Assembly (NCBI GenBank): GCA_965213675.1
Contig: OZ243916.1
Location: 960,001 to 1,024,000, forward strand
From: an uncultured Candidatus Binatia bacterium
GTDB lineage: Bacteria > Desulfobacterota > Binatia > UBA9968 > JAJDTQ01
Length of the DNA stretch: 64,000 nucleotides
Direction: 5' to 3'
Of this stretch, positions 29,750 through 37,693 are shown piece by piece. How positions within the stretch are numbered: the first letter of the stretch is position 1; every line of letters starts with the position of its first letter. Position numbers and translations under genes: made by a program. The notes beneath the pieces were generated by a model that made no database searches, was not told the DNA's origin, and saw nothing but the letters and a program-made list of their open reading frames with translations.

Positions 29750-30036
29750 CGGCAACCTCCGTTCGCGAGCCGTACCGCCCGGATGATCGACCATCGAAAC
29801 GACCAAGGACACGACCAAGGAAGACGGCCGTCCAACTCGACCATTGAGCGCCCCGCACGCGCCTGTTCCGCCACTGGATTGAGCCACCTATCGCACACAA
29901 GACGGGGGATTTCAACATCCCGCGCAGGCTTGCTTTCACGCGGGATTTTTCCTAACAAACAACCTGTCGTGCGCACTCGTTCCACCCGCGCCCCCCGCGT
30001 CCATGGGTACGGCGCATCCATGCGAAGGGAGCACCC

Positions 30037-31410
30037 ATGAAAGCAGATCTGGTGATCAGGAACGGCACCGTCGTGACCCCGGAGTCCACCTTCGACGGTG
30101 GCGTGGCGATTCACGAAGGCAAGTTCGTGGCCATCGGCACCAATGCCTCGCTCCCGGACGGGACCGAGGAGATCGACGCCACCGGCAAGCACATTCTTCC
30201 CGGACTGATCGATGCCCATGTGCACTTCCGCGAGCCGGGCATGACCCACAAGGAAGACTTTGGCACGGGCTCGCGCGCGGCCATCGCCGGCGGCATCACC
30301 TGCGTGGTGGACATGCCCAATACCATCCCGCCGGTCACCCACCCCGAGCAGGTGCACGAAAAGAAGCGCATGGCGGAGGAGAAGTCCCTGGTGGACTTCG
30401 CGCTGCTGGGCGTCGTGGTGCAGACCAACGCCGATCAGATCCTGCCCATGGCCGGAGCCGGCGCGGTAGGCTACAAGATCTTCTTCGGCGAAACCATCGG
30501 CAACCTTCCGTTTCCGGACGACGGCGTGTGCCAGGACGTGTTCCGCAACATCACCGAGTCCCGGCTGCCGCTGTGCATTCACGCCGAGAACCGCCAGATC
30601 ATGTACCACCACCTGAACCGCATCAAGGAGGAGGGCAAGACCGCACCAGTGAACTGGGAATCCACTCGCCCGGCCATCTGCGAGGCCGAGTCCGTGCACC
30701 ATGCGCTGTTCTTCGCCGAGACCTTCGGCACCAAGATGCACGTGCTGCACATGAGCTCCAGGCAGGCCGCCGGCATGGTGCGGGACGCCAAGGCCCGCGG
30801 ACTGCGGATCACCGCGGAAACCGGCCCTCATTACCTCCTGCGGGAACCCGGGGACATGGAGGAGGCGGGGCCGCTGCTCAAGATGAACCCTCCGGTACGC
30901 ACCCGTGACCACGGCGAGGCGTTGTGGGACGGTCTGCTCAACGGCTACGTGGACATGATCGCCACCGATCACTCGCCCCACACCCTGGAGGAAAAGGGAG
31001 CGGATGTGCACGGCCACATGCTGAAGCCCGCCATCTGGGAATGCATTTCGGGGTTCTGCGGCGTGGAGACCGGCGTCCCGCTCATGCTTACGGAGGTCAA
31101 CAAGGGGCGCATGAGCCTCAATCACTACGTGAGGCTGGCGTCGGAAAACCCCGCCAGGGTCTGGCAGATCCATCCTCAGAAAGGTGCGCTCCGGGTGGGC
31201 TCCGACGGCGACGTCACCATCGTGGACATGGACAAGGAAGGCGCCATCGACATCCACGGCCTGCACAGCAAGAACAACCCCTCGCCGTGGCACGGCTGGA
31301 AGATCAAGGGCATGCCCGTCACCGCCATCGTTCGCGGACACGTGCAGATGCAGGACGGCGAACCGGTGGGCGCGCCCATCGGACGCATGGTCTACCCGAC
31401 ACCAGACTGA
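30037..31410 (+). CDS. cyclic amidohydrolase (allantoinase/dihydroorotase/hydantoinase family)
   Basis: PGLIDAHVHFREPG, DMPNT, GYK (carbamate Lys), IHAEN, ETGPHYL, KMNPP, ATDHSPH, ENPA. Confidence 0.9.
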   Translation: MKADLVIRNGTVVTPESTFDGGVAIHEGKFVAIGTNASLPDGTEEIDATGKHILPGLIDAHVHFREPGMTHKEDFGTGSRAAIAGGITCVVDMPNTIPPVTHPEQVHEKKRMAEEKSLVDFALLGVVVQTNADQILPMAGAGAVGYKIFFGETIGNLPFPDDGVCQDVFRNITESRLPLCIHAENRQIMYHHLNRIKEEGKTAPVNWESTRPAICEAESVHHALFFAETFGTKMHVLHMSSRQAAGMVRDAKARGLRITAETGPHYLLREPGDMEEAGPLLKMNPPVRTRDHGEALWDGLLNGYVDMIATDHSPHTLEEKGADVHGHMLKPAIWECISGFCGVETGVPLMLTEVNKGRMSLNHYVRLASENPARVWQIHPQKGALRVGSDGDVTIVDMDKEGAIDIHGLHSKNNPSPWHGWKIKGMPVTAIVRGHVQMQDGEPVGAPIGRMVYPTPD

Positions 31411-31425
31411 GGGACGAGGAGAAGA

Positions 31426-32346
31426 ATGAAGCGCACCGAGCCACTCGAATTCCATCAGCCCACGAGCCTCGCGGAAGCCACCCGCATCATGCTGGATGGC
31501 GGACCCGGCGGACACTTCCTGGCGGGCGGCACCGACCTGGTCATCGCCATGAAGGAAAAGGGGCTCGTGCCCAAATACCTGGTGGACCTGAAGCGCATCC
31601 CGTCGCTCTCGGGAATCCACGAGAACGATGACGGCGGCGTCACCATCGGCGCCCTGACCACCATGCGGGAAGTGGAGACGTCCCCGCTCATCGTCGGACG
31701 CTACCCCTTCCTGGCGCAGAGCGCCGCCGAGGTGGGCTCCATCCAGATCCGCAACCGCGCCACCGTTGGCGGCAACATGGCCAACGCCACGCCCTCTGCG
31801 GACGTGGCGCCGGCATTGCTCGCCCTGGACGCCACCGCCAGGCTGGAGGGCGCCGGCGGCGAGAGGATTCTGGACCTCGCGGATTTCTTTCGCGGACCCG
31901 GACAGACCGTGGCCGAGTCCGGGGAGATTCTCACCGAGCTACGGATTCCGCCGCGGGACCCGCGCCTCGTAGGGGAATACATCAAGTTTTCGCCGCGCGA
32001 CATGATGGACCTGGCCTACATCGGCGTGGCCGTGACCCTCGTGTTGGGGGAAGCCGACCGGCGCTGCGAGTCCGTGGCCATCGCCCTCGGGGCGGTCTCC
32101 CCCACTCCCATGCGCGCCCCCCGCGCCGAGGCCGTGCTCCAGGGGCAGGTGCTGACCGAAGACCTGGCGGAGGAGGCCGGACGCACGGCGTCCGAGGAAT
32201 GCCGCCCCATCAGCGACGTACGCTCGTCCGCAGACTACCGCCGGGCCATGGTGCGGGTGAATACCAAACGCGCGCTGCTCAACGCCGCCGCGGGCGGCGG
32301 CCCGGCGCCGTGGACCCGCCGGCGCGACCGCCGCTACGCATCGTAG
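31426..32346 (+). CDS. molybdenum hydroxylase FAD-binding (medium) subunit
   Basis: LAGGTDL, IGALTT, QIRNRATVGGN, SAD, PISDVRSSADYR. Confidence 0.93.
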   Translation: MKRTEPLEFHQPTSLAEATRIMLDGGPGGHFLAGGTDLVIAMKEKGLVPKYLVDLKRIPSLSGIHENDDGGVTIGALTTMREVETSPLIVGRYPFLAQSAAEVGSIQIRNRATVGGNMANATPSADVAPALLALDATARLEGAGGERILDLADFFRGPGQTVAESGEILTELRIPPRDPRLVGEYIKFSPRDMMDLAYIGVAVTLVLGEADRRCESVAIALGAVSPTPMRAPRAEAVLQGQVLTEDLAEEAGRTASEECRPISDVRSSADYRRAMVRVNTKRALLNAAAGGGPAPWTRRRDRRYAS

Positions 32347-32411
32347 GAGCCGGCGGCGGTCGCCCACCTCGGCAACCACACGTCCGAAGACGAAAAGGAG
32401 CATTGGCACCC

Positions 32412-32909
32412 ATGACCCAACCCATTGAATTCACCTTGAACGGCAAGGTCACGCCGGTGGACGCGCCGGCGCACCGGCTGTTGCTGGACCTGTTGCGGGA
32501 CGAGATCGGCATGACCGGCACCAAGGAAGGCTGCGGCACCGGGGATTGCGGCGCGTGCACGGTGTATCTCAACGGCAAGCCGGTGAACTCGTGCCTGGTG
32601 CTCACGGGCGAACTGGCCGGCGCCCACGTCGTGACCATCGAGGGCCTCAAGGAAGGCGACGCCTACCATCCCATCCAGGCCGCGTTCATCGAGGACGGCG
32701 GCGCCCAGTGCGGCTACTGCACGCCGGGCATGCTGATGATGGCCAAGGCCTTCCTGGAAGAGAATCCCGACCCCACGGACGACGAGATCCGTTTCGCCCT
32801 CTCGGGCAACCTGTGCCGCTGCACCGGTTACGTGAAGATCGTCGAGGCCGTCCAGGATGCGGCCGCTGAATTGCGGCGTCGCGGCGGCCAGGGAGCGGAC
32901 CATGGATGA
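32412..32909 (+). CDS. molybdenum hydroxylase [2Fe-2S] (small) subunit
   Basis: GTKEGCGTGDCGACTV, QCGYCTPG, GNLCRCTGY; AAGGAG RBS. Confidence 0.95.
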   Translation: MTQPIEFTLNGKVTPVDAPAHRLLLDLLRDEIGMTGTKEGCGTGDCGACTVYLNGKPVNSCLVLTGELAGAHVVTIEGLKEGDAYHPIQAAFIEDGGAQCGYCTPGMLMMAKAFLEENPDPTDDEIRFALSGNLCRCTGYVKIVEAVQDAAAELRRRGGQGADHG

Positions 32910-35193
32910 TCTCAAGGTTGTCGGCCATCCCGTCACCCGCGTGGACGTCGACGAAAAAATCACCGGCGCCGCCACCTATGGCTACGACCTGACGCTGCCG
33001 GACATGCTCCACGGCAAGGTGCTGTTCAGTCCCCGGGCGCACGCGCGCATCGTCCGCATCGACCTGGAGAAGGCGCGCCGGCACCCGGGCGTGGTGGCGG
33101 CCATTTCCGGCGCCGACGCGCCCTGGACCCATGGCGAATCCATCAAGGACAAGCCGTTCCTGGCCCAGGGCAAGGTGCGCTACGTGGGCGAGCCTGTGGC
33201 CGCGGTGGCGGCGGTGGACGAGGACACGGCCCAGGCGGCACTGAAGCTCATCGACGTAGAGTATGAGGACCTGCCGGCCTACTTCACGCCGGAGGAGGCT
33301 TGTCAGCCGGGCGCCGTGGCCATTCACGAAGAGTTCGAGAGCTATCGCAAGGCGCCCTTCATCGTGGGGGCGCCCATGCCCAACGTGTGCGAGCATTTCA
33401 AGCTGCGCACGGGCGACACCGCCGAGGGTCTTCGGCAGTCGGACCTGGTGCTGGAAGAAAAGTACTACGTGCCGGTCATCCAGCACGCCGCCATGGAGCC
33501 CCACTCGGCCCATGCCCAAGTGGACCCGGAAAGCGGCCGGGTGACGGTGTGGGTGGCCAACGACGCGCCCTTCCGCGCCATGACCGAGGTGGCGGAGGCG
33601 CTGGGCCTGCCTCAGGAGAAGATCCGGCTCATCAACCCGCTCCAGGGCGGCGGCTTCGGCTCCAAGGGCGGCCTCAAGCTGGAACCCATCGCCATGGGGC
33701 TGGCGTTCCACACCCACGGGCGGCCGGTGCGGGTCAAGTTCAACCGCGAGGAGACCTTCATCTCCACCCTGGTGCGCCACGAGGCCACGGTGCACGTCAA
33801 GAGCGGCGTCAGGAAGGACGGCACGCTCATGGCCCGGCACATGACGCTCTACTGGGGCGGCGGCGCCTACTCGGAGAAGAGCCCCACCGTATGCATCCGC
33901 GGCAGCCTTCCCTCCCCCGGCCCCTACCGCATCCCCCACGTTCACGTGGACGGCTACGCGGTCTATACCAACAAGCCCGTGGCCGGGGCCTTCCGCGGTT
34001 ACGGCATCCCCCAGGGGGCCTGGGCCACCGAGCAGCACATGGACGAACTGGCCCGCAGGTTGGCCATGGATCCGCTGGAGTTCCGCCTGAAGAACGTATT
34101 CGTGGACGGCGACACGGCCTACTGGGGTGAACAACTGCACAGCGTGGGCCTCACCGAGACCCTCACCCGGGCCGCCGCGGCCATTGACTGGGACAAGCCG
34201 CGCCCCGCCGGCGTCGGCCGCGGCCTCGCGTGCATCTCCAAGCCCACCCGCTCCCCCACCACCTCCAAGGCCGGCGTGCTGGTGGACGCGGACAACCGCG
34301 TCACCGTGCTGGCCGGCACGGTGGAGATCGGACAGGGCAGCAGCACCATCCTCTCGCAGGTGGCCGCGGAGGAGCTGCGGGTGCCCATCGAGCATGTGCG
34401 GGTGGCGCCGCTGGACACCGACATCATCCCCTTCGACGCCTCCACCACGTCCAGCCGCAGCACCTACCACATGGGCAACGCCGTGCGCGGCGCCGCCATC
34501 CACGCCCGCGAGCAACTCCTGGAGATGGCTGGGCCCGCCCTCGAAGGCGCACGGGAAGAGTTGGTGGCGGTTGACGGCACGGTGCGCTTCAGGGACAACG
34601 AGGACATTGCGCTGACCTACGGCGAGCTGATCCGGCGGCGCCTGGGCGCCGGCGCGGCGGTGCGCGGGGATGCCGCCTACACCTACGAGATCGGCAAGGA
34701 CCTGGACCTGGAAACAGGCCACAGCGACCACGCCTCCGCCTTCTACATGTATGCCACCCAAGCCGCAGAAGCATCGGTGGACGAGGAGACCGGGCGGGTG
34801 CGGCTGCACCGGGTGTCCGCGGCCCACGACGTGGGCAAGGCCATCAACCCGCTCAACTGCGCGGCGCAGATCGAGGGCGGCGTGGCCATGGGCATCGGCG
34901 CGGCGCTGCACGAGAACCTGGTCATCGACGAGACCGGCAAGGTACGCAACCCGTCGTTCCTGGACTACCACCTGGTGACCTCGCTGGATGTGCCCGAGAT
35001 CATCCCCATCGTCGTCGAGTGCGCCGAGCCCGAGGGGCCCTACGGCGCCAAGGGACTGGGCGAGCCGGGGCTGGCGCCCACCCCCGCGGCCATCGGCAAC
35101 GCCGTGGCGGACGCCATCAAGTCGCGCATCCGGGACCTGCCGCTGACCCCCGAGCGGGTCTATGGGGCACTGGCGGAGCGCGACCGCAAGTAG
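32902..35193 (+). CDS. molybdenum hydroxylase molybdopterin-binding (large) subunit
   Basis: MEPH, QGGGFGSK, GAFRGYG, EIGQG, SSRST, AQIEGG, KGLGEPG. Confidence 0.93.
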   Translation: MDDLKVVGHPVTRVDVDEKITGAATYGYDLTLPDMLHGKVLFSPRAHARIVRIDLEKARRHPGVVAAISGADAPWTHGESIKDKPFLAQGKVRYVGEPVAAVAAVDEDTAQAALKLIDVEYEDLPAYFTPEEACQPGAVAIHEEFESYRKAPFIVGAPMPNVCEHFKLRTGDTAEGLRQSDLVLEEKYYVPVIQHAAMEPHSAHAQVDPESGRVTVWVANDAPFRAMTEVAEALGLPQEKIRLINPLQGGGFGSKGGLKLEPIAMGLAFHTHGRPVRVKFNREETFISTLVRHEATVHVKSGVRKDGTLMARHMTLYWGGGAYSEKSPTVCIRGSLPSPGPYRIPHVHVDGYAVYTNKPVAGAFRGYGIPQGAWATEQHMDELARRLAMDPLEFRLKNVFVDGDTAYWGEQLHSVGLTETLTRAAAAIDWDKPRPAGVGRGLACISKPTRSPTTSKAGVLVDADNRVTVLAGTVEIGQGSSTILSQVAAEELRVPIEHVRVAPLDTDIIPFDASTTSSRSTYHMGNAVRGAAIHAREQLLEMAGPALEGAREELVAVDGTVRFRDNEDIALTYGELIRRRLGAGAAVRGDAAYTYEIGKDLDLETGHSDHASAFYMYATQAAEASVDEETGRVRLHRVSAAHDVGKAINPLNCAAQIEGGVAMGIGAALHENLVIDETGKVRNPSFLDYHLVTSLDVPEIIPIVVECAEPEGPYGAKGLGEPGLAPTPAAIGNAVADAIKSRIRDLPLTPERVYGALAERDRK

Positions 35194-35323
35194 ACGTCGC
35201 CGCGAAGACGGAACCCTTCCGAAGGGCGAAGCCGTTCCGCGGCAATCCTTCCACGGCAGTCCCCTGGTGGGCGCCCGTGGACGGTGCTCCGCTGGCGGCG
35301 CGCGGAGCCGCACCGAGGTTGTC

Positions 35324-36562
35324 ATGGCCAGAATACCCGTCGTCATCCTCACGGGCTTTCTCGGAGCCGGCAAGACCACCCTGCTGAACCGCATTCTCAC
35401 CGCGCCCCACGGCTACCGCATCGCCGTGGTCATCAACGAGTTCGGCGAGGTGGGCATCGACCACCACCTCATCATCGCGTCGGACGAAGAAGTCTTCCAG
35501 ATGAACAATGGCTGCATCTGTTGCACCGTGCAGGGGGACCTGCTCCGGGTGCTGTTGCAGCTTCTGGAGCGGCGCGACACCTTCGATTATCTCGTGGTGG
35601 AAACCTCGGGTCTGGCAGACCCCACGGTCATCGTGCAGACCTTGCTGCTGGACGAACGCATCCGCCTGGATTTCGAGCTCCAGGCCGTGGTGACCGTGGT
35701 GGACGGGCTTCATATCGAGCAGCAGCTTGCCGTCCAGCATGAGGCAAGGGACCAGATCGCCTGCGCCGACGCCATCCTGCTCAACAAGACGGACCTCATC
35801 ACGCCGGAGGAAGTGGAGGACCTGACGGCCAGGCTCGGCGCAATGAACCCCACCGCCCGCCTGACCCCCACGCTGAATTCAGAGGCGAATATCGGCGAGT
35901 TGCTGGAGATGCGCGCCTTCGACCTGGAGGCCAAGCGGGAGGGGTTGCGAGAGAGCCATCACCACGAACACCAGCCGTCGGTCCAGACCGTCTCCTTCGT
36001 GCAGGCCGGAGAGCTCCACAAGACCCGCCTGAGCCACTGGTTCCGCTCCGTGCTGGCGGAGAAGGGAGCGGACATCCTGCGCATGAAGGGCATCCTCCAC
36101 ATGTCCGGCGACTCGCACCAGTTCGTGTTCCACGGGGTGCACAGCGTGTTTCAGGGGAAGCTCGGCCGGGAATGGGCGGACGGCGAGGAACGCCTCAACC
36201 GGCTGGTGTTCATCGGCCGGAACCTGGATGGGAACGAGTTGCAGGGCGGCCTCAAGACCTGCCTTCGTTCCAAGGACGAAGCCGCCGCCGACGACGGGCT
36301 CGACATCTACCGGGACGTCTCCTCCTTCACCCTCGACCAGATCCGCGTGTGGGTGCGGCAGGCCCTGGAGTTCCCATCCAGGACACCCATCACCATCAAG
36401 GAGGTCCCCTGCGTCAAGCCGGATTGCCCCCCCATCGAGACCGCCATCATGGTCTTGTTGGAAAACGAGCCGCCACGCTTCTACAAGATTCAGAAGACCA
36501 TCAACGAGGTCACCTTCGACAGCGTCTACGACCTCATCGCAAACCCCATGCCGTGCTGCTAG
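35324..36562 (+). CDS. COG0523/CobW family G3E GTPase metallochaperone with extra C-terminal Cys-rich domain
   Basis: TGFLGAGKTT, NEFGEVGID, GCICC, ETSGLADP, NKTD, HHHEH, RMKG, VFIGRNL; ~85 aa extension ending PMPCC. Confidence 0.9.
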   Translation: MARIPVVILTGFLGAGKTTLLNRILTAPHGYRIAVVINEFGEVGIDHHLIIASDEEVFQMNNGCICCTVQGDLLRVLLQLLERRDTFDYLVVETSGLADPTVIVQTLLLDERIRLDFELQAVVTVVDGLHIEQQLAVQHEARDQIACADAILLNKTDLITPEEVEDLTARLGAMNPTARLTPTLNSEANIGELLEMRAFDLEAKREGLRESHHHEHQPSVQTVSFVQAGELHKTRLSHWFRSVLAEKGADILRMKGILHMSGDSHQFVFHGVHSVFQGKLGREWADGEERLNRLVFIGRNLDGNELQGGLKTCLRSKDEAAADDGLDIYRDVSSFTLDQIRVWVRQALEFPSRTPITIKEVPCVKPDCPPIETAIMVLLENEPPRFYKIQKTINEVTFDSVYDLIANPMPCC

Positions 36563-36723
36563 TGTGGTGTCTGGTTAATTCGCGTCATGATCTGCGGAGG
36601 ATTTTTTGTTGTCGGCAAGGCGCGATGACGAGCAGTGGCGGGTACCACGCGAGGAAGAGCCACGCAGCCGACGGCGAAAAAGACCCGCAGATTATGACCC
36701 GTATTAACCAGACACCACACTAG
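36559..36723 (+). mobile_element. MITE-like hairpin repeat, copy 1 (arm type A)
   Basis: CTAG-TGTGGTGTCTGGTTAAT...ATTAACCAGACACCACA-CTAG; near-identical to 45103-45267; left CTAG contains the COG0523 stop codon. Confidence 0.85.
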
Positions 36724-36726
36724 CAA

Positions 36727-37347
36727 CTACAAGTCGCGCCGGCCGTCCAGGGCTTCGCCCAGGGTGCCAGCGTCGGTATACTCGATCTCGCCTCCCATGG
36801 GGAGGCCGCGTGCGATGCGGGTGAAGCGGATGCCCAGGGGTTTGATCAACTTGGCGAGGTAGAGGGCGGTGGCGTCCCCTGCCCGGGTGGCGTTGGTGGC
36901 GGCGATGACTTCGGCGGGGGGGTTGGCGTGGAGCCGCGTCATCAGCTCCTTGATCTTGAGCGCGTCCGGGCCAACCCCGTTCAACGGGAAGATGGCGCCG
37001 TGGAGCACGTGGTAGAGGCCCTTGTATTCGGCGGAGCGTTCCAGCGCCATCAGGTCCGAAGGCTCCTCCACGACGCAGATGGTGGAGGTGTCCCGGGCCG
37101 GATCGCGGCACACGTGGCATGGGACGACATCTTCCCTGCCTGGCGGGATCTCGCTCAGCCCGAAGCACTGGGGGCACAGACCCATCTCGCGCTTGAGCTT
37201 GTCCACGCTGCCGGCCAGCGCCAGCACCGCTTCCTTGCGCTCCTTCAACAGGTGAAAGGCAAGCCTCCCCGCGGTCTTCTCGCCGATGCCGGGCAGCTTG
37301 GACAACTGCTCGATGACCCGGGCCAGCGGTGCCGGATAACCGGTCAC
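36727..37347 (-). CDS. recR: recombination mediator RecR
   Basis: LPGIGEKTA.RLA, C4 zinc finger, ICVVEEP.D, YHVLHG, TRIARGLPMG. Confidence 0.96.
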   Translation of the reverse strand: MTGYPAPLARVIEQLSKLPGIGEKTAGRLAFHLLKERKEAVLALAGSVDKLKREMGLCPQCFGLSEIPPGREDVVPCHVCRDPARDTSTICVVEEPSDLMALERSAEYKGLYHVLHGAIFPLNGVGPDALKIKELMTRLHANPPAEVIAATNATRAGDATALYLAKLIKPLGIRFTRIARGLPMGGEIEYTDAGTLGEALDGRRDL

Positions 37348-37670
37348 GACGTGATTCCGGGTATCTTCAATCCTCCCGTGAGCTTGCTCATCTCTTCGGA
37401 GGCCATTTCGCGCGCGCGCCGAAGCCCCTCGTTGATGGCCGCCCGCACCAGGTCCTCCAACATCTCCACTTCCTCCGGGTCGACGACGGCGGGGTCCACC
37501 TTGATGGAGGAGAGCATGAACTGGCCGTTGACCGTGACCCGCACCATGCCGCCGCCCGCGGTGGCCTCCACGGTCTTCCTGGCCAACTCCTCCTGGATTT
37601 TCGCAAGCTTCGCCTGCATCTCCTGGGCCTGTTTCATCAGCCCGCCCATGCCGCCCAAACCCTGACTCAT
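37344..37670 (-). CDS. ybaB: YbaB/EbfC family nucleoid-associated protein
   Basis: MKQAQEMQ, AGGGMV, EMLEDLV.AAIN; between dnaX and recR. Confidence 0.95.
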   Translation of the reverse strand: MSQGLGGMGGLMKQAQEMQAKLAKIQEELARKTVEATAGGGMVRVTVNGQFMLSSIKVDPAVVDPEEVEMLEDLVRAAINEGLRRAREMASEEMSKLTGGLKIPGITS

Positions 37671-37693
37671 GAGACCACTCCCTTCACCGTACG

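Noticed and set aside
31426-35193. coxMSL as aerobic CO dehydrogenase
   Set aside because: The large subunit has GAFRGYG, not the form I CODH AYxCSFR motif, and no cox accessory genes are adjacent.
35200-35265. Three small TTCC-containing hairpins between the Mo-hydroxylase gene and the COG0523 gene
   Set aside because: Too short and GC-rich to distinguish from chance; no cobalamin riboswitch or Zur-box consensus recognised.
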